A stretch of DNA of 64,000 bases. Origin: Pelomyxa schiedti (taxonomy: Eukaryota > Protista > Evosea). The first letter of the stretch is position 1; every line of letters begins with the position of its first letter. A program made the position numbers and the translations under genes. Location of the stretch: the NCBI GenBank assembly GCA_020536535.1, contig JAHLWZ010000790.1, positions 310,001-374,000 of the forward strand. The letters run 5' to 3'. Below are positions 22,363 through 35,400 of this stretch, piece after piece. The notes beneath the pieces are model-generated. The model searched no databases. It saw only the letters and a list, made by a program, of their open reading frames with translations, and was not told the origin of the DNA.

Positions 22363-25300
22363 ATGGACGGCAGCAAGGCCGGATCTTTAACAGCGACAAA
22401 CGGCAACATAAGACCAACAAACGGATACCAGTCCAACACGTCCCAGCGGTTTACGACTACAACTCCCGACGGCCAGATCTTTCCATCGTCATCGCCGATG
22501 TCGCAACAGTCGCAACAACCACAGCAACAGCAACAAGTACCTGGTACTTTGCCTTCGTTCGCTGCAGGAAATAGCGCGATGCCTTGGACCTACCAGAGCG
22601 CCAACGCGCCGGGGGACCGGCGGCACGGCGGCCCGTGGCCCCCGGGAAGCCAGCAGCAGTACGGTGGTGGCCGAGGGAGCAGGCAGCCATTCAGGGGACC
22701 GCCGCGTGAACCAGGGGGAAGCCGCAGCAGAAGGGAACCCATGGATAGGAGGGACAGGGACCGTGACCGAGCGCGAGACAGAGAGGCCGATAGGAACCGG
22801 GATCGCGACAGAGACCGAGAGCGCGAGAGGGAAAGGGACAGAGAAAGGGAACAGAAAAACAAAACCAAGGACAGCCACGACGACTCTAGGATGGCCGATA
22901 AGGGAATGCAAGCAACCAACCAGAGCGGCAACAGGCACCGGGAAGATGAAAACACCACTGGTGGACGAGACTGGCGGCCGGAAAGCGATTCTCAGCAAAG
23001 GCAGCAAAGACCCAAAGATAGAGACTGGAAAAGAGACTCGGACAGACATAACGAAAGTAACAGGACGAGAGAAAGGGATGGGGATGTAGACACCTCTAAT
23101 TTTCCAAGAGGTGGTTCTAGCAGGTGGCACTTTGTATCGTGATTATTTCCACCAATCAATATTTTTCTTCTAGGGAGCCCTATTCTTCTGGTGGAAGTTT
23201 CCCAAGCAATTATAATTCCAAGCAAGAAAGGCACTTTCCAGAAAATGAACCACACAGTGCCAATTTTCCACCAAGTCAACATTTTCAGCTGTACTCTCAG
23301 TCTGGACACAGTCAGCCTAAAACTCCTTTCAATCCAGACATTCACACTTCTATCAATACTTCTACAGAAATACTCTCTGGGCCTCTACAAAGCCAAAGAG
23401 CCACGGATGGCATTCCTAGTACTCAGAATGCACCAAGCCAGAGTGAAAGCGGGAACAATATGGCTCTGAGACAGCATACAGATTCTTTGAAACAACCACC
23501 TGTGTCTCTAAATTATGTACTGCCCCCTGCTCCTCCTATTGAAGATTTCTCGGAGGGAAATGCAATGGATGAAGATGAGGCTAGGGAAAAGCAATCCTCA
23601 GCAATACCAAATTCCTACAATCAAGCGGAAGTGTATGCTACTAAACCCTAAAAATATATATTCGCATGAAAAAAAATCCCAATTGCTTCAGAAGCAAGGG
23701 TCTTGTACCCTCTGGAATCCCGAGTACGTTGTGGCCTGGTTTACAAGATTCACATCAACAACAAAGAACTGCGGTTGTGCCAGTGGTGATGGGGTCTTCC
23801 TTTCTCCAGGAAGGGAAACAAGCCAACTCAGCCAGTTTGACTTCGACTTCTGGTTCCAAGGCACAGTCGTCTACCACACGTGATGGTTCACTTACTGAGT
23901 ACTCTTACATTTCCTCTGGTATTTTCGTTCCTGTGTTTGGCGCGCCTGACATAGAAGCAGCAAACTTGGCTTCAACTAACAAGCTTGTAACGACGAGTTC
24001 CAACACTTACCCTGCACCAACTGTTGTGAGTGCCGACTTTTATGAACCACAACATATCACCAATATTCAATTAACACAGGCACTGCAATCTGGGCCAATG
24101 CAAGGCGTTCAATCACAAGTGTTTTCAAACACTCAAGCTGAAACACAGAAAGTGCTACCTGACTCTCGATATACTCCACATTCCCATGCGCAGTATCCTG
24201 TATCTACAATGGGGATGAATATGTCTATACCTCACAGTGATACAACTCTTGGGCCCAGCTCTAACAATGGTAATTACGCAGTCAATCACTTTATGTCCAC
24301 TCTGGATGAAAGCTTGTACACAAATTATAACTTCACAGCGCTTTTTATACTCCTTACCTTCCCTCATCTATCCTTGCTGTCTGGCAAGCTTGGCTAATAA
24401 TACTAAATGCTATGAAAGGTGATATGCCATCAAATAAGAACAATGACAAGCCCAGTGATTTAACATGTACACACTCGGAGGTTTCTGACATCAACCCTAT
24501 TGGTTCGAACCCGAATCTTGGAAACACTTCTGTGAAGGGACAGGACTACCGATTTCCAGAAAATACTGGGGTAGAACAGTCAAACCACAGTCGGAGCTGG
24601 GACAACAAAGCTGATTCTTCAAAACCCGGTAACTGGGCTGAGGAGAGGATTCCGTCTCAGGCATCTGCCCATGCTACCCGTTCCGCTCATACACGTGGCA
24701 CTCATCAGCATCGGACACATTCATATGTGCACTCGCGTTCATCTCGGGCGCATATCAAGCCGCACTGGAGGCATTCAAATACTTCACCTCCAAATGTCAC
24801 CTCGTGCAGTGTCCACAATATCCAACTAGAGGAGTTTATAAAGTGCTCCAAATGTGCTGTACTAATGTGTCCGTCATGCAATAAAAAGGTTTTTATTCCT
24901 GAAAACCAAACATTATCTCAGACATAAAAGATGTGCCCTGCATGTACAAAAGACTATGGGAGCCCCCACCAAGACCTGAAAAGCAAGGAATCTCCACAAC
25001 ACAGAACCGGGCCGCAACATAATAGACCCATACCACCAAGTATTCCCTTTCCCCCAACGCAGACGGTCCAGCCACCATTCCAAGTCTCTACCCCACCAGT
25101 TGTTCCTGTTCCACAAGTACCGGCAACTCCAGTACCACATAAAGTTCCTTCTGTCAATGTGCCATCTAGTTCTGAATCTACTAGCAAATCCACCCAAAGC
25201 ATCTCACATGCAGATACACCACCAAACAGCCCCATGTCACCCCACAGCGCGGAAGCTGGCCGTTCGGCCCACGGGGAATTGGGTTCTGTCCCAGTACATA

Positions 25301-28300
25301 CTACTTCATGTACCACTATCACAAGTAGCAAGGGAGAGGAGTCCATGCTAAGTTCCTCTTCACGACCCGTCAGCAGTCAGAACTTAAGAAAGTCAAGTTT
25401 CCCGGAAAGTCAAAATACCTCCGGGGACAAACAGCTAACCACTGCAGGCGCCATTAACACCAATGTAACAAATTCTGGTGCTGATACTGTGAAAATACTT
25501 GGAAGGAAGAGTTCAAGCAGAGGTAGGACTAGAAGTAGAACAAGAAGTAGATCCAGAAGCAGAACCAGAGGAAGAAGTGCAAGCAAAAACATCCCCTCTT
25601 CCAGTAAGGGGCATAGAAGTAAAAGCAGGACAAGAAGCAGAGGGAGAAGTAGAGAAAGAGGCAAATTGAGTCGGAGAAGCAGAACCAGGAGTAGAAGCAA
25701 AAGTAACAATACCCATGGCAACAATGCAACCAAGAACAGGAGCAAAAGCAAAAGCAGTCGAAGTCGAAGTAGGACCAGGAGCAAAAGTAGAAGCAAGAGA
25801 GGGACAAATGGAAAGACCCAGGCAGAAAGTGGCAAAGTATCCAAGTTACCGCCTGACGTACCTGTAACAGGTGATGCTATCACAATTTCTTCAGACAATT
25901 CCATTCGTGGGTCCAAACCTGGGAGGAGGGAGCCAAACACTGTCAATGAAGATCTGGAAGACCAAGCTGTTAAATTCGGCGAACAGATGTTTGGTACTAA
26001 AGTCCTAAGTTCTCCATCCGCTCCATTGCAGACAATGGAGGAAGAGAATGCCTCAATGGTTTCTGTTTATCAACCAAATAGCTCTCCTATCACTGCTACT
26101 GCAGAACCTATTTCTCCATCCCCATCACCCTCCCCTCATTCACTCATCCCTCTTCCAGCAACTCTCAATGCAATGCCCCACCCACAGTTAGCAAGTCAAC
26201 CTCAACTACAATCCCAGTTCCCAGTCAAACTGTCACAAATCCCACCAGTACCTTTGCCAACAGCAACTCCAGTACCGCAGGCCCAGATAAACTCTCAGAC
26301 TCACATCCACTCGACACAAATACCGTCACAGTGTCCTGCAATGACAGAATTTCAAGCAATATCCATGTCTCCGCCACCAATATATCTGTACTTATATGTA
26401 TCTCGATCAGTGGATCCGGAGCCACCACATACTGTACGGGCTACACTTGGACAAAGTACTCTCACAGGCTTCCTGCTTGCTTTATCTTTTCTGACTGTTG
26501 CCCACAGATCTTGGACTGACACCTCCCCTGAGCGAAAGGTTACACTTCACACCAACTATATCTAGTGCAACAGTCTCGGTGTCTCCCCGAAAGTGCCCCA
26601 ACGTGACCGAGTTGGGTAACACAACAGTGCTATCAACAACCGGGCTTCCGTCTGTTGTTCCTTCTGCAGTACTGGTGCCAGTTACTCCTAAAGTCGCTCC
26701 TGGCATTCCAATTACTTCACCACATATGGATGATGCTTTAAACCACCCTCCCTCTGTCCATCCGTTGCTGCCACCAGCAAACACTAATGGTATCTCAGTA
26801 CTATGTACAGTAGTTCAATATTTATTTCTATTGGCACAGATGTTCAAGATCCACAGCAGAGTGCTCCAAAAAAAAGGCGCATAGAGACCACTCTATCGGC
26901 TGTTAGAAACCCAGTGGAATGCAGTGCTGAGAGTAGCATAGCACTGGGTTCATCATCCAGTAGCTCGGTTGTTGCCACTCAACCACTTCCATCCCTACAA
27001 GTTATTCCCCAGGCTATATCTGGTGCTCTGCCACCATGTGCTACCTCTTTCCCCCAGCAGTCAACAACAGTCAATCAGACCGCGAATAGAAAAAGATCAC
27101 GTTCCAGGGGAAAGGTGAGACCGTCAACTAGAACATCCCGGAGAACCAGAAATAAATACAGCTCAAGCAGAAGTCGGACAAGAAGTCGAAGTAGCAGCTG
27201 GCACCACAGCCATAGCAGAAGCAGAAGTAGGAGCAGGAGTAAGAGTTCCCACCATAGAACAAAAGCAAAAAATTACAGCCGTAGTCCAAGTCCACGTTCT
27301 GGTAGAGCTACTAATGCTCGACCTGGAAGAATGAACAGAAACGAAAGACGGGGCACACACACCAGCTCAGTGAGGTTGTTCATAATTTAAAGATCCATTC
27401 AATCAAACTCACTTCAAATAGTAACTCCCATATGGACACTAAAAATCCAGACCAGTCAACCCGAAACACACAATACGGCCCATTGCCAGGCTTCCAATTT
27501 AGTCAGATACCACCTCAAAATCAGCCTAGAGCGATCCCCTCACAACCCCCACAGTTTCCAGGTAATTTTTCGGGGCAGCAACCACTTCCAGCTCCACAAG
27601 TATATTCCCTACACCCAGCACCTCAACAGGCACAACTGATGCCTGCAACTCAACCACAGTCTCAACAATTGCAGGCATACCCGCAAGCGCAACAAATGCT
27701 CCTGTCACAACCCCAACTGCCGGCACAGCCACACCAGCAACCACAACCGCAACCTCCGTCACATCTGCAGCCCCAATTGTCACTGCTGTCGCAACAAAAT
27801 ACACAATCTCAAGCACTGACACTAACCCCATCACTTCGATCGCAACCACAACCACAACCGCTACAGCAGCAGCAACCGCAAAATCAACCGCTGTCACTAC
27901 CACATTCAACACTACCGCCTCAGCCTCCAACACAAACACCAGCACAGCCACAACAAGCACAACCTCAAACTCAACCGCAATCACAACCACCACCACAACT
28001 ACAGCCGCAGCCACAACCGCAACTGAAACAAGAACTGCAAGTGCAACAAGAACACGAGCAAAAACAAAAGCAACAGAAAGACCAGCAACAACTTACAGTA
28101 CAGCATACCCCCCAAACAGATCAGGTGCAAGCCCAAACCCAACCAAAATCGACAGTGTTCTCCCCTTTTCAGCTGACCCAGCCGCAAACCCAACCACCAG
28201 CAACCCCCACTGCACAGATTTCATCTCAAGTAAACCAAGTACCAGCAGTGTCACCACTTCGAGCACAATCTACCCTAACACAATCCCTTGCGCCCTCAGA

Positions 28301-29147
28301 AACCAGTGTGAGCCAGCAAGATACACAACCCCAAGTTATTGGCCAAGCGCCAGAGCACACGCCACAGGAAAAGCCAAACCCACACCGTTACATCAGTACT
28401 TCCGTCACCAGTCGAAAACCCTCTTCTCCTTTGTATTCATCCTTATCTTGTGATTTCTATACCTTAACTGATCACCTAGAGTTTCCAGTACTCCAGATGG
28501 ACGACGTGCTGAGCGCAACATAATAATAACAAAGACTACTGAAAACCGGTGTGCTATGCTATGCTTTTGTTATCACCTCCTATTCACGTAATCCCAGTAC
28601 TTCTCCACTTCTTGATAACGAGCGCTATGACATGCCTGTTGATAGGCGCCGAGCTCCGGTAAGAGTGTCAACACGTTCTTTACATCTTGTAACAGTAATA
28701 CAGGGAGAATACAGTGACCAGGGAATGCGTTGGAGTGCACAGCAACCATTCAGGCATAACGCAAATCAGTGGCAACAACAACAAACGGTTAACGTCCAAC
28801 AACCACAAGAATACAACAATGGTTGGGTGTCACACGTTCCCGTACAGCACCAGTCACAGGCCCCACGTAACCAGCAGTGGCACAAACGCACCAAGTCACT
28901 GCACAACGCACACAGCGTACAGCAACAAGACCAGGACTACACTGAGGCCCAGTACTTCGTCCCCCACCCGTACAACAGCGAAGTCTACTACGAAGACCAG
29001 CAACCCCAACAGCAACAACCACCCAACACCTACAGCTCCAACCACAACAGTCACACCCACAGCAGCAACACCAACAATAATACCGGAGCGGGAGGCCGTA
29101 GGCGGTTCACACCCAACCAAGGGCACCCAAGGGGCAACAGGAGGTGA
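22363..29147 (+). CDS. Very large (~2000 aa) intrinsically disordered protein with RD/RE, RS/RT, P/Q-rich blocks and one small Cys/His cluster; could be two genes
   Basis: Nine consecutive + strand ORFs can be joined by short introns. The junctions near 24330-24420 and 27370-27455 are the least certain. The only folded-looking motif is CSVHNIQLEEFIKCSKCAVLMCPSCNKKMCPAC (~24805-24945). Confidence 0.65.
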
Positions 29148-29481
29148 AGCAAATGAACGACGCAAGCCCGGTACCAATCGCTCTTTTGGTTGCTCTGCCT
29201 GTACTATCATATCAAAGCGTGGTGGATTTTCTCTCAATGAGAAATAAAAAAATACAAAAATCAAGATACAAACCCAAATTTGTTTTGGGCGGAAAATGGA
29301 TCGTCAAACGCACTAATTTACGGAACAAACAAGCAGAGAAACGGACTAAAACCGTATTCGCCCACGTTGAACAGTAATCTCCAGAACAAAAAGAAGCGTG
29401 GAGCAGACCAGTGCTACGACGAAACAAAAACGGTGTAGAGTAACAACCACAAAGGGTGACCTTTTAGTGAATTTAGCCTTC

Positions 29482-32400
29482 ATGAGGCAATCTCTGTTAA
29501 TCTTAGGTCAGTTAATTCCTCCCCTCTTGCCATTTCTCAGGGTGCTGACACAAAAAAGTGGTGGCGATATGGTCACTTGGATGCGAGGGCGGTGGGATCA
29601 TCTACTCTTCGACAGCAGCATCGACTTATGGGACAGAGGAAACCACTATCACGGGGCAGTCACTTTTGCCGCCCAGTGGATGGACTAGCAGGGGTGTTTC
29701 AATCAACATGCTGCCGTGCTCAATTCGCTCGTGGAACAACACTGTAATTATTTGCGTGGCTCCGGCGGGCGTAGGTGCCAACTTACCCTTGTTGGTCACT
29801 TACAATGGGAATAACTTGGTGGCCCCTCAGTCTAATTTCTCCTACAGACGTAAGATTATGTCTTGGGCTTTTTTTTTTTCTTTTCTTTCTATTCCCTTCC
29901 TCTCGCACTATTCTCTTCGTTATGTGTTGTCTCTTCTTTTTCTTCTTATTCAAATTGTACTGATTCAGTTTTAATGGGTTTTTCCTCAGCACCCATCATA
30001 TGGGAAGCTTCTAGTGCACCCACAAGTGGAGGTTCGGTTTATATCTGGGGATCGAATATCGGCTCTGAGTCAACATCAGTTCTAGTTCTCATAAATGGGA
30101 AAGAGTGCACAGGTGCAACCGTGGTTGATTACTCTACTATTACTTGTAAGGCACCAGAGGGCACTGGCCGCGGACTCCCAATTACTGTAGAGGTACCAAA
30201 AGCTTCAGTTTATAGCCAAACTACCACCACTTATGCATTTTGGTATGAAGGTGAGCAGAAATGCAAAGCCTTTTAATGCTTCTTACATTGCACAACATAG
30301 CACCAACTCTGGAATACACTAGTTCTGCACCAACACATGGATATTCACCTATTGTTATTTATGGGACCAATTTTGGTTCTGGTGCCGACGGTCTTGTTGT
30401 AACAATTCAAGGTCAACTGTGCACCTCACCTATTGCTTACCACACCAAAATAACATGCTATCCACCTCCTGGTGCTGGTCGCTGCTTAACTTTGTCTATT
30501 GATGTAAATGGACAGGGCTGCTCCCGTGCATGCTTCTTCTATTATGATGGTATGTAGACACAGATCCAAAAAAGCAAGTAACATGCAACAGCACCATTGA
30601 TTTGGTCCAATGATCCTCCACCTACCAGTGGTGGGCCCACTACCATTTATGGGCAAAACTTAGGCACCACCAATACTTCTGTACAAGTGTATATGGGGGA
30701 TTACTTCTGTGAGAGTCCTGTGGTAAACAGAAATGGGACAGAAATTCGGTGCATTGCCCCACCAGGCACTGGTAGACTTGGCTGGGTTTTTGTAATGGTG
30801 CCAAGCGATGAGAACTATATCCAATACGCATCAAACTGGATTTTTACTTATCAAGGTACACAAATTGCAAGATTTTCTTGTGTTCATTTTATGGTTTCTT
30901 AGCACCTACCATTGACAATATCACCTCTGCTGATACTGATGGGAAAGAAAGTTTCCGGATTTATGGAACCAACTTTGGGGCAAAAGGGAGCTATGTGGAC
31001 GTTGCAATATCTGGCCAATGGTGCAGACTTGCATCTGTGATAGTTGACGACACAGTCATAGAAGCTTGGCCACCAGCAGGTTGTGGATCGGACTTGTGGT
31101 TATACGTCAATATTCCCTCCACTATTGAGGGATACAGCCAAGGCATCAGTCATTTTTTTGATTACAATCGTATTTCTTCTATCCATCCAAACTTTTTACC
31201 AAGAAAAACCTCCAGCACCATCGATTTCTGCTGTAACTGAAGCTTCAACAAATGGTCATGAAATAACCAACATCACTGGGAAAAATTTATGTGCATCATC
31301 CAGACTTGTCTCTGTAACAATTGGAGGTCATTCTTGTGTAGATGTTGTAGCTGTGAGCCATTATCTGGTTCGATGTTATCCTTTCCCTGGTGTAAGTGGA
31401 CCTCATGAGCTTATTTTAAGTGCGAGTGGCCAACTTGGTTACGCCAATTTTTCCTTTCAAGGTATCCCTTCTTGTTTTTCCTTCCTTAGCCAATATAATA
31501 TAAAAAGCCCCTGCAATTATCTCCGCAGTTGGTTACCAGGGGTCAAGTTACACAGGGATTATTAATGGTGTAAATTTTGGCCCAGAGGATACTATTGCCA
31601 AGGTAAAAGTGGGTGGTCTAGACTGCATCAATGCCACAGTTACAATTGCTCATACTCAAATAATGTGTTTCCTGCCACCTGGTGAGGGTGATCATGTTAC
31701 AGTAGAAGTTTTCGTCTCTGATGGGGTGCATGGATCTACCACCTCAGCCGATGTTTTTGAATATAATGGTCCCTTTCCCCTTTCCTTTCTGAAACTCAAA
31801 CCCAAACAAGGGATGGCAATAATTTCAGCCTCAACTGTTGACGCAACACTTTATCAATCTACCTCTGTTTTGGGAACAAATTTCAATTTCATTGGGGCAA
31901 TATCTGTGGTCATTGATGGATACATTGCCTGTAATAATGCAACACTTGTGAACTCAACAGTTGTAACATGCACTCCAAGCATTGGTTATGGCAAGAACCT
32001 TCCCATTTGTATAACAATTGGATCTCATCTAGCTTGTGCTTCTGTTTTTTCCTATGCATGTAAGCTCATTTTTTTCCAAAGTTAAACCCCTAATTGCCTT
32101 GGAGCACCCAAGATATATGGTGTTGTTGGATGCAACACAACTGGAGGTTGTAACTTCGTACTTCTCTGTTGCTAACTTGTTTTAGGCAAGATAAACATAA
32201 CTGGGAAAAACTTTGGCCCCAGTGCCAAAGTTCTTGTAAATGGAATTGAGTGTAACGAGACTAGAGTAGAGGCCAGTACTTTCATTACTTGTGTTGCCCC
32301 ACCTGGTTCAGGCAGAGTTCCTCTTGTGGTTATCACACCTATTTCGGACTTTCATTCGCAATCTGTGGCATCGTACATGTGCTACAACAGTACTCCTCTT

Positions 32401-35400
32401 ACTTCATTTTCTCACTAATGAAATTCAACAGAACCTATCCTCCTAGAAGCTACTAGTGTAGCTACAGACGGCAGAGAGGCAACTTTTATTACAGGTTCCA
32501 ATTTTGGTGTCAATGGAACTGTGGATGTCACAATAAGTGGCGTTGCCTGCAAAGAAGCGAAGATTACCGTTCCTCACACGCAAATCTCTTGTATCCCACC
32601 TCCTGGTGTTGGGACTTGGAAGCTTCTCAATGTATCTACATCTTCTATTTGCTCGAGTTCAGCAGCAGCAGCCATCTTCTTCTATTCATGTTATTCCTGA
32701 TTCCTGGCTTAGTTGCATCACTTATACAAGCAAATAGGCCCAGTAATAATATCTGCCACTAACTACGGAGACTTTATTGTCATCACTGGGCTTAATTTTG
32801 GCCCCTTTGGCACAGATGTAACAATCACAATTTACAAAGGATTATGCTTCAACGGGACCATAGAAACACCACATACCAGAGTGAGGTGCATCCCGGACAC
32901 TGTCCCTGAAGATAGAACATCTCTTACTGTAAGGGTAGCTGATCCTATAACATTAAATTTTTGTGAAGTCTCAAAAGTTGTTATTTTCCAAGGTTAGTGA
33001 GGGTTTATTTGTTGTCACTCTTTTATACCCTTTCAGGGCCCCTCATACAGAGCACTTCAACGCCACCGACAGACTGCAACAACAGCTGGCTTGTTATTAA
33101 TGGGGAAAACTTTGGACCAAACACTACTCAAGTAGAAGTGTACATAGCAGAATATTCTTGCATGGATGCTTCCATTCTCGAACCCTACAAACGAATCAAG
33201 TGCAGGCCACCATGTGGTGCTGGTTCTGAACTACCTCTTGAAGTCCGTATAAATGCTGATGGTTCCCACACCTATTCCGTGCGTGCCAATTTCAGCTATG
33301 ACAGTATGCAGGCTCATTTTCTAATTGTACTAAGTTTTTCTAGGTCCGACTGTATTTGATGCAACACCTGTTCCGACTTCTGGTGGCTGGACAATAATTA
33401 CTGGAGAAAATTTTGGTCCGATTAATTCCACCGTTTCCGTGTGGATTGGTGGAAGAACGTGCTTAAATGCCGAAGTAGTTGTAAATCATACTCATATCCG
33501 TTGCCTTGTCCCAGCTGGAACAGGAGCTAATAGTACCGTTTTCGTCACAGCGTTAAGCTTCAACACTGGGAGACCCACTACTGGGAAAAATACCTCTGTT
33601 TTTTCTTATCTAGGTAGTCGCTAGCAACGCAATGGTCTTACTCACATAGGATAGCACCACAGATTACTTCTGCAACTTCTGTCAACACAGATAACACGCA
33701 CGCTGTAAGTACAATAAGTGGAAGCAATTTTGGACCTATTGGAACTGAGGTGAGGGTAAAAATTGCAGATCAGCCTTGTACAAATGCAATTGTTCTTAAT
33801 CATACTACTATTACCTGTGTTCCCCCACCAGGGGTGGGTGTCTCCCTTCCAGTCCAAGTTATCATTATAAGTACCACTGGGGGTGATTCCTCTTTCAATT
33901 CCAGCAATGTTTTTTCCTATAACAGTAGATCCCTCAAGCACATATTTCCTCACTTATACCATGCCCAGTTCCCACCCTGAGCCAGGCAACATCAATAAAT
34001 ACATATGATCTCGCTGCGACTATCATTACAGGCACTAATTTTGGGCCAGCCTCCCTCAGCCATGTAGAAGTATGGGTGGGTTCCCAAATTTGTGCCGCTG
34101 CAAGTATTATACAAGACCACACCAAGATAGCTTGCTACCCCCCAGCTGGAACGGGGAAACAAATCAACGTTACTCTTAGCATATCACGAGTCGGAAGTGG
34201 CAAGCCTGTCACTGTCAACAAAGCAATTTTTTCCTACACTGGTAAAAATTTGTCAAGGGATTACAGGATCATCTAATACCATTTAAGCACCCCAAATTAT
34301 GCTTGTTACTAGTACAACCACAGCTGTTTCTGGGAACATTACAATTTATGGGACCAACTTTGGACCTTCAGCAGCAAATGGGGGAGTATATGTCGAGATA
34401 AAAGGATCAGAATGCACATCACCTGTCATGAAAGTCCCCCACTTTCAAATTGAATGCACACCTCCCCCGGGTGCTGGTGGTAATCTCCCTGTGATTGTTT
34501 ATGTGCCAGGAAAGTCCGTCACCAACCCTGTCCCGCAGTTGGCCTATGGCTCTTTCTCCTATTCAGGTTCTCCCCTCATATGTTTGACAAGCAATAACGC
34601 AGCACAGCACCAGAAATTTTTCTTGTTACTGAGGCTGCGACCAGTGGTGAAGAGTCCATATCTATTACAGTTTCACTCCCTTTACCTATATATCTTATGG
34701 CTTATCTATCTTAGGGAGCAAACTTCGGCCCAAATGGCACGGATGCTACTGTTACTATTGACGGGGTTATCTGCTCCGACGTGAAAGTGAAAAATCATAC
34801 AATTATTGAGTGCCTCCCTCCACCAGGTTATGGTCAAGGGCACCGTTTGGTTGTGCATATTCCAGCTGATGAAAGCTTCTCTCAATCTGCTCAGTATCTA
34901 AACTTTATTTACCAAGGTTCTCTTGTCAGTGTGCCATTTTTTCAGCTGACTTGAATACAGCTCCCCAAGTTTTTACAGCCACACCTTCAAATACAGAAGG
35001 AGGATACATCACAACCATCAAAGGAAAAAATTTTGGTGATAGCACCCAAGTTAATATCTCTGTAACCATCAGCTTATGTAATGTGCCTATGGCCTGCACA
35101 AATGCCACAACTACAATACCTCATAAAGAAATAACCTGTTTCTCCCCCCCGGGGACTGGGACTTCAAACCTTGTAAGTGTATGGGTTCCAGCAGGAACTT
35201 CCCAAGTTGGATCTAGCTTTGTGTTTGACTATAATCGTAAGTATTCTTCTCATTTCTTTTCTCATTTTAAACTCTATAGCCCCGGAGATAACGGATGTCC
35301 CACTGTGTTCCACATCTATCAGTTCAGTATTCCTATCGGTTTTTTCCTTTCCCATAAACCCAACACATGAATTAACTAACCTAAAAAAGGGAAAAAACTT

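Noticed and set aside
24497-24517. GGTTCGAACCC resembling a tRNA T-loop
   Set aside because: The T-stem pairs poorly, there is no D-arm, anticodon arm or acceptor stem, and it lies in an open coding exon.
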